Sequence record: NC_047979.1
Length of the DNA stretch: 64,000 nt
Origin: Escherichia phage Gostya9
Reading direction: 5' to 3' (one strand)
The notes below the pieces were generated by a model. That model worked only from the letters and a program-made list of their open reading frames with translations. It did not search any database and was not told the DNA's origin. The translations under genes were made by a program, and so were the position numbers. Below are positions 8,098 to 17,308 of this stretch, piece after piece (position 1 is the first letter of the stretch; each line of letters starts with the position of its first letter).

Positions 8098-8630
8098 TAA
8101 TAAGTAACCAATTCCTGTACAAATCGCAGGCTGTTATCACTGTTTGCGCCAACTGCATAGACTAATCTAGTGGATTCATAGTTATAATCCAGTATCATAC
8201 TATCTAGGTATGTATCTGCCTCTAGCTTCTGTTCGCTAAAGATTGTAGATACAAAAGCACTTTCTATATGCCCATGTTGGTACATTTCTAGAAGAAGATT
8301 AGCTCCGCCTAGAACTACTGTTTGCTGATCTTTTAGAAAAGTAGGTAATGTATCACCTATCATTGATATGGGAGTGTAAATATCATGTGTAATATCGTCT
8401 GGCAGTGGACGATCAGCACGAATAAATAGGTCAGAAGTTCCAATCATACGTTCCCTAACGGCGTATGGAAGAGCTAAATAAGTACCTGCCCCAATAATAA
8501 TATTATCAGGATTTAGTACATCTAATTGTGAATAAAAAGCATCTAGTTCTTCTTTAAAAGAACCCCAGGGAAGCTTACCTCGGAGGCCGAACTCCCCATT
8601 CGGCCCAACTGCATACATTGCACTAATCAT
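8097..8630 (-). CDS. frd: dihydrofolate reductase
   Basis: MISAMYAVGPNGEFGLRGKLPW N-terminus typical of DHFR; 177 aa; start overlaps the thyA stop. Confidence 0.8.
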   Translation of the reverse strand: MISAMYAVGPNGEFGLRGKLPWGSFKEELDAFYSQLDVLNPDNIIIGAGTYLALPYAVRERMIGTSDLFIRADRPLPDDITHDIYTPISMIGDTLPTFLKDQQTVVLGGANLLLEMYQHGHIESAFVSTIFSEQKLEADTYLDSMILDYNYESTRLVYAVGANSDNSLRFVQELVTY

Positions 8631-9772
8631 AGGAAATCTCCAAATTCATTGCCCAGATCTTTTAGAGTATCAGTAGAAGTCTCAGTTACCTGACCTACAC
8701 GATAGGCTGCACCAATCTGGATTTCTTGTGGAGCAGGCTGTAGAGAAGTAGTATCCAACCAGTTCATGATCCACGGAATAGGGTTTTTAGTGATTACTGG
8801 TAAGTGACTAGGCCATTCTACGCCAATGTGCATAAACGCGTTACGTCCCACAAAGTACAGGTACTCTTCTAGCAGTTCTGCATTCAGACCAATCAGACTG
8901 CGACCTTTGAAAATGAAATGACCCCATTCAATTTCAGTTTTCAGAGTTTTCAGGAGCTGTGCTGGTGCTTTAGCCACTGCCTCATCTACCAGATCTTTGT
9001 CAAACTGCTGGAACATAATCTGGATGATTGTTTTAGACATCTGGGTGTGCAGAGCTTCATCTTTAGCGATCAATTGCAGATTTTTAGCGATACCTTGCAG
9101 AATATCGTTCTCTGCTAACGCAAAGGTGCACGCAAAGGATGCGTAGAATTGCATTGCTTCCAGACCGTAGATTGCAAAATAAGCATCTAACAGTTTAGCC
9201 TGAGTTTCACGCTTAACTTCAGGGAACTCAGTTTCTGGGTACGTATTGTCACCACGATGATCACGTACTGCGATGAAATACTGACCTAACTGGTACAGTT
9301 CATCGAACAGCTCAACAGAATCTGCGATACGTGCAAATGCTTCTTGGTTTTTAGTTACAGAATCAATAAATTCTGCCGGATCAGTCAGCACATTACGAAT
9401 AATGTTACTATAAGCACGGCTATGCAGGTCTTCAAAGTAGCTCCACTGCTTGAGCATACCTTCTAGTTCTGGACGGCTTACCAGCGGCATAATAGCTGCT
9501 TCAGGCGCTCGACTGATAAAGGAATCAGTTTGAGTCTGCCATGCTAAGTTCAGGAGTGTGATTTCCTGAATTTCACGTGGGAGATTGGGCCATTGTTTCT
9601 TATCGGCTTCTAAACTGATTTCTGTCTCAGTCCAAAATTGCGAGCGTTGCAGAAGTGCCAGACGCTCTAATTCTGGGTGTGCTACGCGTACATAATCTGC
9701 GATACCTAGAGAATCGCCCAGGAAAAGATCAGCGTTAGTATGATCCCAATTCAGGTTTAGTAAAGTAGTCAT
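8627..9772 (-). CDS. nrdB: ribonucleotide reductase (class Ia) small subunit
   Basis: 381 aa ferritin-like R2 protein with conserved iron-ligand and tyrosyl-radical region; promoter at 9804-9832. Confidence 0.85.
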   Translation of the reverse strand: MTTLLNLNWDHTNADLFLGDSLGIADYVRVAHPELERLALLQRSQFWTETEISLEADKKQWPNLPREIQEITLLNLAWQTQTDSFISRAPEAAIMPLVSRPELEGMLKQWSYFEDLHSRAYSNIIRNVLTDPAEFIDSVTKNQEAFARIADSVELFDELYQLGQYFIAVRDHRGDNTYPETEFPEVKRETQAKLLDAYFAIYGLEAMQFYASFACTFALAENDILQGIAKNLQLIAKDEALHTQMSKTIIQIMFQQFDKDLVDEAVAKAPAQLLKTLKTEIEWGHFIFKGRSLIGLNAELLEEYLYFVGRNAFMHIGVEWPSHLPVITKNPIPWIMNWLDTTSLQPAPQEIQIGAAYRVGQVTETSTDTLKDLGNEFGDFL

Positions 9773-9803
9773 TGATTTTCCTCTTTCTCACTATTTCAGG
9801 AAT

Positions 9804-9832
9804 ATTATAGCAAATCAGATAGCGATTAGCAA
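9804..9832 (-). promoter_or_regulatory. sigma70-type early promoter (TTGCTA-N17-TATAAT)
   Basis: Minus strand TTGCTA, 17-bp spacer, TATAAT, 32 nt upstream of the nrdB ATG. Confidence 0.5.
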
Positions 9833-9848
9833 GTAAAATTTCAAAGAA

Positions 9849-9872
9849 AAAGGAGACCCGAAGATCTCCTTA
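9849..9872 (-). terminator. rho-independent terminator after nrdA
   Basis: Hairpin AAGGAGATC-TTCG-GGTCTCCTT followed on the minus strand by TTTCTTT. Confidence 0.5.
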
Positions 9873-9878
9873 TTTTTA

Positions 9879-12209
9879 TTAGATAGTACAACCACCAGAA
9901 GCACAGCCCGCTGCTTCTTCACCAGCCCCACCACCATTTGCAGTGTTGAAGTTAGCATAATACCAAGTCTTCCAACCATATTTAACAGCAGTCATGAAAT
10001 CACGAACTACTACTGGGCCAGGAATAATTTCATTCTCAAACTTGGTGTAGTCATAGTACATATTCGTACTGATAGACTGACTGAAGAATTTCTGCATAGT
10101 TGCTACCCATTTGATCCATTCAATACGATCCACATCATAAGCCAGTTTATAGCTCATGAGAGTATCCCAATCAGTTGCACCTGGAGCGATTGCAATTACT
10201 TTATTCACTGCACTACCCTTGATAGATACAATCTTACGAGGTGGTTCAATAGAGTTAGTAACCCCCAACAGAACGGAAGAACTTTCTCCAGGCATCTGCG
10301 CAGTCAGAACAGAGTTACGCATACCGTATTTCAGAATATCTGCACGCAGAGATTCCCAATCCATTTCTAGACCTACGGATACCAGCTCATCAACAGTTTT
10401 CTTATACGTGTCGATTACCAGTGTTCCTTTAGATGGTTTAGTACGATTAAACCATTCACACGCACCTTGCTCTTTGGCTAGACGTACAGAGGCTTTATGC
10501 AGGAAGTAAGACAGTTTTTCAGCTTCACGATGAATCCAGTTACGTGCTTCAACGCCTTCATAAGCCAAACCTTCCGCCGCCATTGCACCTGCTGCGTTCA
10601 TCAGACCAATACCAACGTTACGACGTTTCTTAGCTGTATATTCCATAGTTGGGAACGGGTAATCCTGAATTTCAATGATGGTATCAACGAATTTCAGAAG
10701 AATATAGCAAGTTTTTTCCCACTCAGCCAGAGATTCCATGCGTCCAAGTACAACACCACCTAAGTTACACAGAGATACTTCCCCAATATCCTCCGGCTTC
10801 ATTTGATCAAGTTGTTCTTTTGTTTTATACAGCTCTGTAATGTGGTGGAATGGGCGTGTAGGCTGAGTAATTTCAAGGCATAAGTTACTCATACGGATCG
10901 GATCAAGGAAGTTACCGTGACGATTAGATTCCCCGATGTGGTGCGCATACATACGTCCTGTTTCCATTCGGATACGTAGCCAAGTATCTAGGATTTCTTT
11001 TGCAGAGACTTTAGGAGCTGCTGGAACTGTTTTTCCTTCGTGGTCGATCTTTGTAAGAGATGCCACACGTTTCTCCGCTGCCGCATAGATTTCTTCAAAT
11101 TTAGCCTCGTCATCACTATAAAACGCTTCATGAACTTCTGGAGCATAGAAGTATGACATTAGCGTAATATCTTCATTTTTCAGATAACGTTTTAACAAAA
11201 GATTATTAAAGTTCAGAGAATAATCCATCTTATCGATTTTATTCTCGTCTGTAGCACGTTGTTGCTTAACCTGCATCAACTGAATGATTTCAGGGTCAAA
11301 GTAAGGATAGGATACAGTAGCAGAACCACCACGAGTTTGCTGAGTATTAGCCTTTACTGATCGGTCAATGTGTCGATAATATGGCAGTTTTCCGGAATGC
11401 GGGAATGCCCCGTTTCGCACCGGATCAGCAATTGATCGGCTTTCAAGATGATACCCGATTCCCGCTCTGGCTGCAACCATTTTGAAGACGATGTGTTCGG
11501 CTGTGTCGATTGAATCCAATGTGTCAGTGGAATCAACGAGGCAACAACTAGCAAATCCACGGTCACTAGAGCGCAAGCCAACCAATGGCGGCGTAGGAAC
11601 GTTGATCTTGTGGAGTGACATTGCATTGTAGAGATCGATTGCATCTAGAATTGTCCAGTTAGGTTGAGATAGCATCGCCATTGCCATGCCCATATAGGCA
11701 AACTGCGGGGTTTCGTAAATTTCGCCAGTTGCGATATTACGACGGGAATACTTATCAAAGAATTGTTTCAGTCCTCCACTAGTGAAAAGACGGTCGCGAT
11801 CATGGTCGATAACCTGATTCAGAGCCTCAAACTGCTCATCGGTAATCCATGCACTCATGTCTTCCCATGCACCTACACTAACCATATGATCGTGGAAGAA
11901 GCGTAGAGAAGGCGGTTCGAAGGAATCATAAAGGCGTTTACGCATCTGCGCAAGACGTAATTCCTTTGCTGGCACGTCGTATGCTGGGTTATCTTTGATA
12001 AGACTTTCAGCAGCTTTAATTAACGCATCCATCAGAGTATCGGAATCTACAACCCCTTTAGGTAGAGTTTTTTGAGCAGCCATAGTAATGGCTGACCAAC
12101 TTACATCAACTGTTTTGCAACCATACTCTGCCCAACCATTGAGTTTTTCAGGAGCAAAGTCTTCTACAGTACCGTCACGTTTAATTACTTTTTCAATGCG
12201 ATGGCTCAT
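9879..12209 (-). CDS. nrdA: ribonucleotide reductase (class Ia) large subunit
   Basis: About 777 aa with ATP-cone-like N-terminus (MSHRIEKVIKRDGTVEDF) and a class I R1 catalytic core. Start placed at ATG 12209 with AAAGGAAAA RBS; the track ORF extends upstream from a non-ATG codon. Confidence 0.85.
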   Translation of the reverse strand: MSHRIEKVIKRDGTVEDFAPEKLNGWAEYGCKTVDVSWSAITMAAQKTLPKGVVDSDTLMDALIKAAESLIKDNPAYDVPAKELRLAQMRKRLYDSFEPPSLRFFHDHMVSVGAWEDMSAWITDEQFEALNQVIDHDRDRLFTSGGLKQFFDKYSRRNIATGEIYETPQFAYMGMAMAMLSQPNWTILDAIDLYNAMSLHKINVPTPPLVGLRSSDRGFASCCLVDSTDTLDSIDTAEHIVFKMVAARAGIGYHLESRSIADPVRNGAFPHSGKLPYYRHIDRSVKANTQQTRGGSATVSYPYFDPEIIQLMQVKQQRATDENKIDKMDYSLNFNNLLLKRYLKNEDITLMSYFYAPEVHEAFYSDDEAKFEEIYAAAEKRVASLTKIDHEGKTVPAAPKVSAKEILDTWLRIRMETGRMYAHHIGESNRHGNFLDPIRMSNLCLEITQPTRPFHHITELYKTKEQLDQMKPEDIGEVSLCNLGGVVLGRMESLAEWEKTCYILLKFVDTIIEIQDYPFPTMEYTAKKRRNVGIGLMNAAGAMAAEGLAYEGVEARNWIHREAEKLSYFLHKASVRLAKEQGACEWFNRTKPSKGTLVIDTYKKTVDELVSVGLEMDWESLRADILKYGMRNSVLTAQMPGESSSVLLGVTNSIEPPRKIVSIKGSAVNKVIAIAPGATDWDTLMSYKLAYDVDRIEWIKWVATMQKFFSQSISTNMYYDYTKFENEIIPGPVVVRDFMTAVKYGWKTWYYANFNTANGGGAGEEAAGCASGGCTI

Positions 12210-12289
12210 TTGGTTTTCCTTTTTATGGTTATCAGAATTTAGGAAATAGTTTACTTTATTCTCAGTCATTTGGCAAATAAAATTTTCTG

Positions 12290-12330
12290 ATAGAAAAGGC
12301 CCGGGTATTTTCATACCCAGGCCTTCTGTG
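12290..12330 (-). terminator. rho-independent terminator / hairpin between phoH and nrdA
   Basis: Stem GGCCCGGGTAT / ATACCCAGGCC with one mismatch and U-rich flanks. Confidence 0.4.
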
Positions 12331-12353
12331 TTGTCAGTCTAGTTTTTGGCCAC

Positions 12354-12551
12354 TTAAGTTCTCAGCAGAATATCTATTGAGGTACTTAGTTCATTATAAT
12401 TGAAGGGCCGATTTGGATTTGAGGTTACAATTTTCCACGCTAGGGTAGTCTTAGGACTATCTTCCCCTTCCTTACGTGTAATCATATTAGCAGCGCTCAA
12501 TGAGGTATGATGAATTTTAGTTTTTCGGCGTAGATGTACAACGTTTCCCAT
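12354..12551 (-). CDS. small basic hypothetical protein (65 aa), uncertain
   Basis: ATG at 12551 with GGAAGGTG upstream, in the gap between phoH and the nrdA terminator. May be non-coding. Confidence 0.3.
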   Translation of the reverse strand: MGNVVHLRRKTKIHHTSLSAANMITRKEGEDSPKTTLAWKIVTSNPNRPFNYNELSTSIDILLRT

Positions 12552-12552
12552 A

Positions 12553-13305
12553 CTACACCTTCCCCATGTCTTTAAAAATATCGTAGAATGCTTTAGACTC
12601 AGCAGAACGAACGTTATCAATCAATTCGATCATTGAGAATGGGGCATTTTCATACTTCTCATAAACTTCCATAAGAAGTGCTAGACCTGAGTCACCTTTA
12701 ATGTCTTTTTGGGCTATATCTCCACAGATAATTAAACGGCAGTCTTGTCCTACACGAGTTAGGAGACAAACCATTGCCTCAACGGAAATATTCTGAGCTT
12801 CATCGACAATTACATAGGAGTTGTTGAAAGTTCTGCCACGAGCATGTTCTATAGCCAAAAATTTAATTTTCTGACGTTCGACATATCCCTTATAGGCGTG
12901 ATCACCGATGGCCCATTTCATACCATCAGCTATTGGCTCCAACCAAGGCTCTAGCTTTTCTGCTAGATCACCAGGAAGCATACCAAGAGACTTACCTAGA
13001 GGTTCATTAGGACGGACGAGAATCACTTGCTCAATATCTGAGTGAGTGTCTACGAGTTCCTGAGCTGCAAGAACGGACGGGATAAAGGTTTTACCAGTAC
13101 CTGGCTCACCGATACCCACAGTCACTGTGTTGTTCTTGATCATATTGATATATGATTTTTGCTCGCGGTTTTTACCTACTAGGGATTTAGCAACTGGGTT
13201 GACGTAATCATTAGAAAAATCAGCCTGAATTACGTTACTCTCATATTTGTTGCCACGCTTTCTTGAACCATTGCGGTTCTCTCTTTTTTGACGTGCTTTT
13301 CCCAT
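12553..13305 (-). CDS. phoH: PhoH-like ATPase
   Basis: Walker A GEPGTGKTF and PhoH signature segments (VRP..PLG..LPGD..EK..PW). ATG at 13305 with GGAG RBS; the track start at 13314 is a GTG 3 codons upstream. Confidence 0.8.
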   Translation of the reverse strand: MGKARQKRENRNGSRKRGNKYESNVIQADFSNDYVNPVAKSLVGKNREQKSYINMIKNNTVTVGIGEPGTGKTFIPSVLAAQELVDTHSDIEQVILVRPNEPLGKSLGMLPGDLAEKLEPWLEPIADGMKWAIGDHAYKGYVERQKIKFLAIEHARGRTFNNSYVIVDEAQNISVEAMVCLLTRVGQDCRLIICGDIAQKDIKGDSGLALLMEVYEKYENAPFSMIELIDNVRSAESKAFYDIFKDMGKV

Positions 13306-13381
13306 AAATAACACTCCTATAGTGTACTTCGCTTCTAACAGAGGATCAACAAAAAGATCTTGTTTATCAACTTACAAATAT

Positions 13382-13410
13382 ATTATACCAGTATATATAG
13401 TAAAAAGCAA
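13382..13410 (-). promoter_or_regulatory. sigma70-type early promoter for phoH (TTGCTT-N17-TATAAT)
   Basis: Minus strand TTGCTT, 17-bp spacer, TATAAT. Confidence 0.45.
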
Positions 13411-13547
13411 CTACAATTTTAAATAAGCCTATGATATTGCATTTAAATAAAAAATTTGCTTGCTTATAAAGGTAGAAATATGATACTAGATAATCATTTA
13501 TTTATACGCGAAATATTACAGTATTAGATGGCGAAAGAAAAATTTAA

Positions 13548-13576
13548 TTGACATAGTGGGTAATATTTAGTATAAT
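13548..13576 (+). promoter_or_regulatory. consensus sigma70 promoter for nrdD (TTGACA-N17-TATAAT)
   Basis: Exact TTGACA at 13548-13553, 17-bp spacer, TATAAT at 13571-13576; divergent from the phoH promoter. Confidence 0.6.
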
Positions 13577-13709
13577 AAGTGTAAAAATTCTGAGGAGAAA
13601 ACTAACCCACAGTAACTACTGTAAAGAGTAGAACTGTCAGTACAGAAGTTTTAACGGGGTATAGAGGTCCTCGGTACTGTAGCTACAAAATTTATAGAGG
13701 AAATAATTA

Positions 13710-15536
13710 ATGACAGAGAATGAATTAATTGAGAATTGCAAAGGTCTGCTCACTCTAACTGCGGATAAAGACTTACAACATAATAATGCTAATAAGCCTA
13801 GTGAGATGTTCCATACTCAAAGAGACTTATTGGCCGGAGAAATCAACAAGTATTTAGTATCGCAGGAATTACCCAAACATCTATTAGACGCCCATAATCT
13901 AGGTAAGATACACATTCATGATATGGATTACAGAGCGCAGGGGTACACTAACTGTTGCTTAGTAGACCTTGGTGGCATGCTGAAGAATGGTACTAAAATT
14001 GGTAATGCAAATATTGAAACTCCTAAATCCATAACTACTGCATGTGCAATCACTGCCCAGATTATTGCACAAGTATCTGGTGCTCAGTATGGTGGCACCT
14101 CTATTGATCGTATCGACGAGGTTCTAGCCCCGTATGTCAGAAAGTCTTACAATAAACATCTGGGTCGTGGTCTACGTTGGCTCAAGGATGAAAGAAAAGC
14201 TGCCGTGTACGCTACTGAGCTTACTGAAAAAGAGTGTTATGATGCATTCCAAGCTCTAGAGTATGAAACTAATTCATTATTTAACTCTAACGGGCAGACT
14301 CCTTTTGTTACGCTTGGCTTTGGGCTAGGACAGGGGTGGGAGGAAAGGATGATTCAGAAAGCCATCCTCCAAAATCGTATTAAAGGTTTAGGTGCTGCTG
14401 AGTCAACCCCTATCTTCCCTAAACTAGTATTCTCAGTTAAAGAAGGATTAAATAAAAATCCAGGGGATCCTAACTACGATATAAAACAGCTAGCACTTGA
14501 GTGTTCTGCTACTCGTATGTATCCAGACTATTTAAGTTACGAGAAAGTTGTAGCTGTTACTGGTGATTTTAAAGCCCCTATGGGTTGTCGTAGTTTTTTA
14601 TCTGCTATCCCCTCTGGAGAAATTGCAGGGCGTAATAATTTAGGTGTAGTGTCTATCAATCTACCTATGGTTGCTGCTGAGGCAGATGGAGTTTTTGAAG
14701 ATTTCTGGGATATTCTAGACAAATATGTGGATGAGGCTTTTGAAGCGCATGACTTCTTCTTAAACAGACTGAAGAAAGTTAAGGCTAAACAAGCCCCTAT
14801 TCTTTATATGCACGGCGGTTTTGGTGTACGTTTAGATGGGGAAGAATATGTATGGCCTATTTTTGAAGGTAGATCTTCTGTATCTCTTGGGTACATTGGG
14901 GTCTATGAGATGTGTCAAATAATGTTTAGTTTACCACAGACTCATAGGGACTGTATTGAGTTTACAGAGGAAGTTCTCACTCACCTAAAAAATCGTTGCG
15001 AAGTTAAAGCTAACGAGACTAATCTTGGGTTTAGCTTGTATGCAACTCCTAGTGAGTCTCTATGTAATCGCTTTAATAAACTACTGGAACGTAGATTCCC
15101 AGAGTATTCTTGGCTAACAGATAAAGGCTATCTCACTAATAGTCACCATTTGGACGTAAGAGAGAAGGTAGCTCCGGATACTAAATTTGAGTATGAAGCT
15201 CATTTCACCAAAATAGCTAATGGTGGTAATATATCGTTTGTGGAACTACCACAAATGAAAAAGTTCCATAAAGCTCTTGAATACGTAGTAGATAAGGGAT
15301 TAGAATGTAGCCATTATATTGGTGTTAATATACCAATTGATGAGTGCTTCAACTGTGGGTATATGGGTGAATCTGTTGCCTCTGAACGTGGGTTTGTATG
15401 TCCGAGTTGTGGATCTGAAGAAATAGAGGTTACACGTAGGGTTTGTGGGTACCTGGGATCCCCGGGCAGTAGGCCTTTCAATTCTGGGAAACAAAAAGAA
15501 GTGCTTGGTAGAGTAAAACACTTAAATCTTAAGTAA
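13710..15536 (+). CDS. nrdD: anaerobic ribonucleoside-triphosphate reductase (class III)
   Basis: 608 aa; C-terminal CxxC...CxxC zinc site followed by the glycyl-radical motif RVCGYLG. Confidence 0.85.
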   Translation: MTENELIENCKGLLTLTADKDLQHNNANKPSEMFHTQRDLLAGEINKYLVSQELPKHLLDAHNLGKIHIHDMDYRAQGYTNCCLVDLGGMLKNGTKIGNANIETPKSITTACAITAQIIAQVSGAQYGGTSIDRIDEVLAPYVRKSYNKHLGRGLRWLKDERKAAVYATELTEKECYDAFQALEYETNSLFNSNGQTPFVTLGFGLGQGWEERMIQKAILQNRIKGLGAAESTPIFPKLVFSVKEGLNKNPGDPNYDIKQLALECSATRMYPDYLSYEKVVAVTGDFKAPMGCRSFLSAIPSGEIAGRNNLGVVSINLPMVAAEADGVFEDFWDILDKYVDEAFEAHDFFLNRLKKVKAKQAPILYMHGGFGVRLDGEEYVWPIFEGRSSVSLGYIGVYEMCQIMFSLPQTHRDCIEFTEEVLTHLKNRCEVKANETNLGFSLYATPSESLCNRFNKLLERRFPEYSWLTDKGYLTNSHHLDVREKVAPDTKFEYEAHFTKIANGGNISFVELPQMKKFHKALEYVVDKGLECSHYIGVNIPIDECFNCGYMGESVASERGFVCPSCGSEEIEVTRRVCGYLGSPGSRPFNSGKQKEVLGRVKHLNLK

Positions 15537-15542
15537 GCTAAT

Positions 15543-15576
15543 CAGCCAGGTTGCTAGTCGACCTGGCTTTTATTTT
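15543..15576 (+). terminator. rho-independent terminator after nrdD
   Basis: Hairpin AGCCAGGT-TGCTAGTCG-ACCTGGCT followed by TTTTATTTT. Confidence 0.6.
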
Positions 15577-15578
15577 AT

Positions 15579-15607
15579 TTGCTTTCAGCTAAAAATATAT
15601 GTATAAT
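15579..15607 (+). promoter_or_regulatory. sigma70-type early promoter (TTGCTT-N17-TATAAT)
   Basis: TTGCTT, 17-bp spacer, TATAAT, then ATAAATTTGAGGAGG box/RBS before the ATG at 15637. Confidence 0.55.
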
Positions 15608-15636
15608 AGATTTATAAATTTGAGGAGGTAGGAATT

Positions 15637-16017
15637 ATGGCTTTAAAACCGTATATAGTGGAGTCTACGTGTGGTGGTTTCCACCTGGGTGTGGATGATA
15701 TTGCTGAGGCTGTCTTTGCTGCCACAGGTGATTACTCTCATATAGAGGGTGCTGGATACCCCACCGTTATTGGTGATTGGGTGGAAACAAATCTAGATGT
15801 ATCGCCTTATAACCCGTATTGCTTGTTTGATGAAGACAGAGATGAAGTAAAATGTAATCTTGAATTTGTGTATAATAGAGTGTTAAAAGTATACCAACGT
15901 AGTCCCGAGGGATACGAAGATATTACTTGGAGTATTAAACAGTATCTTAAAGATGTATACTCTAGTTTTTCTGACGAAGGCCTAGAAACAGTTGCAGTGG
16001 AGTTTAATAATGACTAA
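15637..16017 (+). CDS. acidic hypothetical protein (126 aa)
   Basis: ATG with GAGGAGG RBS; acidic composition. Confidence 0.6.
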   Translation: MALKPYIVESTCGGFHLGVDDIAEAVFAATGDYSHIEGAGYPTVIGDWVETNLDVSPYNPYCLFDEDRDEVKCNLEFVYNRVLKVYQRSPEGYEDITWSIKQYLKDVYSSFSDEGLETVAVEFNND

Positions 16018-16243
16018 GAATGTGAAACACCTTAAATATCGTTTAATCTATAACGGACGTATGGAAACTGAAGAGCTAGCTCAATTAGCTATTAACTCTA
16101 ATGAGGTTATGGTGCGTGCGCTAGCAATTGAAAAGTTGCGGGCTTCTTATGAAAGTCGTATTATGGAACTAGAGGAGAAACTTTATGGACTTCTCGAAGC
16201 CGAAGCTAGAAGCAATTCAGAGGACAGGCCTACTAAGCAATAG
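16010..16243 (+). CDS. hypothetical protein (77 aa)
   Basis: ATG at 16010 overlaps the upstream stop (TAATGA coupling). Confidence 0.5.
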   Translation: MTKNVKHLKYRLIYNGRMETEELAQLAINSNEVMVRALAIEKLRASYESRIMELEEKLYGLLEAEARSNSEDRPTKQ

Positions 16244-16311
16244 AAGGTATGTATATAGGGAGTAATTTTACCTCAAAACATTATTGAAGGATTTAAGAGA
16301 GGGATTGTACA

Positions 16312-17139
16312 GTGCGTAGATTAATTATTATTAGCGGTGCAGGTTTGAGTGTTGAAAGTGGTGTACGAGCCTTCCGTACTGATACTGCTAGTGGTAAAGC
16401 ATTGTGGGATGATTATGATCTAGAAGAAGTATGTAATATTCATGCCTTTCGTGGTAATTTTTATCATAAAACTCATATGTTTTACAACAAGCGTCGTGAA
16501 GAGTTAGAAACTGTTGAACCCAATCTTGCACACTTGCGTATTGGTGAATGGCATAAGAAATACCAGGGTCAAGTAGTAAACTTGACTACCAACGTTGATG
16601 ACCTTATTGAGCGTGCTGGCGTTCCACATAGTGACATTCTGCACATTCATGGGTATTTAAAAGAGGTTGTTGTAGCTGATAGCTACAATAGTAGCAATAA
16701 ACGAGTTATTGATGTTGGGTATAGCTCTATTGACCCAGAGGATTATAAATGGGTTAAACCTAATGTAGTCTTCTTTGGTGAGCATGCTCCAGCGTACGCA
16801 GAAATGTACAATATTTTTGATGGTATTACCAGTCAAGATATGATTATTGTGGTTGGTTGCTCTAACCAAGTAATTAACTTCTACTGGGAATTATTCCCTG
16901 TTCTTAACCGTACTGCTGCGAAACTTATGGTGGTTAACTACTACGATATTACCCTCGCGGCAGAACCAGGCTATCAAGGTATGACTCGTAGTGAGATGTA
17001 CCAACTGGAAGAACGGGGTATTCCTTACTGGGGTAAAGGTGCGGTAGATGCTTTCAGTGACCCTGATTTTATTGCTCGTGTGGAAGCCCATTTAGAGGGT
17101 AGACCTTATATGCCGGGGAACAAATATGTCCATAGTTAA
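16312..17139 (+). CDS. Sir2-family (sirtuin-like) NAD+-binding protein lacking the zinc-ribbon module; probable GTG start
   Basis: Sirtuin motifs in order: GAGLSVESGVRAFR (GAGxS..SG..FR), TTNVDDL (TQNxD-like), HIHGY (catalytic His), PNVVFFGE, VVGCSNQV. No CxxC...CxxC Zn-binding insert. GTG at 16312 with AGAGAGGG upstream; no in-frame ATG before the GAG motif. Confidence 0.7.
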   Translation: MRRLIIISGAGLSVESGVRAFRTDTASGKALWDDYDLEEVCNIHAFRGNFYHKTHMFYNKRREELETVEPNLAHLRIGEWHKKYQGQVVNLTTNVDDLIERAGVPHSDILHIHGYLKEVVVADSYNSSNKRVIDVGYSSIDPEDYKWVKPNVVFFGEHAPAYAEMYNIFDGITSQDMIIVVGCSNQVINFYWELFPVLNRTAAKLMVVNYYDITLAAEPGYQGMTRSEMYQLEERGIPYWGKGAVDAFSDPDFIARVEAHLEGRPYMPGNKYVHS

Positions 17140-17308
17140 ATCTGTATGTACACATCCCGATGATATATTTGTATGGGCGGATGGTAGTTGGTGTTATCGA
17201 TGTGAGCTATGGGAAATGGACTATAAATCCGATGACTATGGTGTCATATATGTTGATACGGTTGAGTATGATACGTTCTTAGAAAGGAACAAAAATGGAA
17301 ATAAGTAA
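17126..17308 (+). CDS. small Cys-containing hypothetical protein (60 aa)
   Basis: ATG-initiated ORF overlapping the Sir2 stop; four Cys residues. Confidence 0.4.
   Translation: MSIVKSVCTHPDDIFVWADGSWCYRCELWEMDYKSDDYGVIYVDTVEYDTFLERNKNGNK

Noticed and set aside
10156-10763. Plus-strand ORFs inside nrdA
   Set aside because: Antisense to a well-supported conserved enzyme gene; no translation signals.
13577-13709. NrdR or LexA box in the nrdD leader
   Set aside because: The palindromes (ACAGTA-AC-TACTGT; CTGT-N4-ACAG) do not match the NrdR consensus (acaCwAtATaTwGtgt) or the LexA CTGT-N8-ACAG spacing; kept only as unclassified palindromes.
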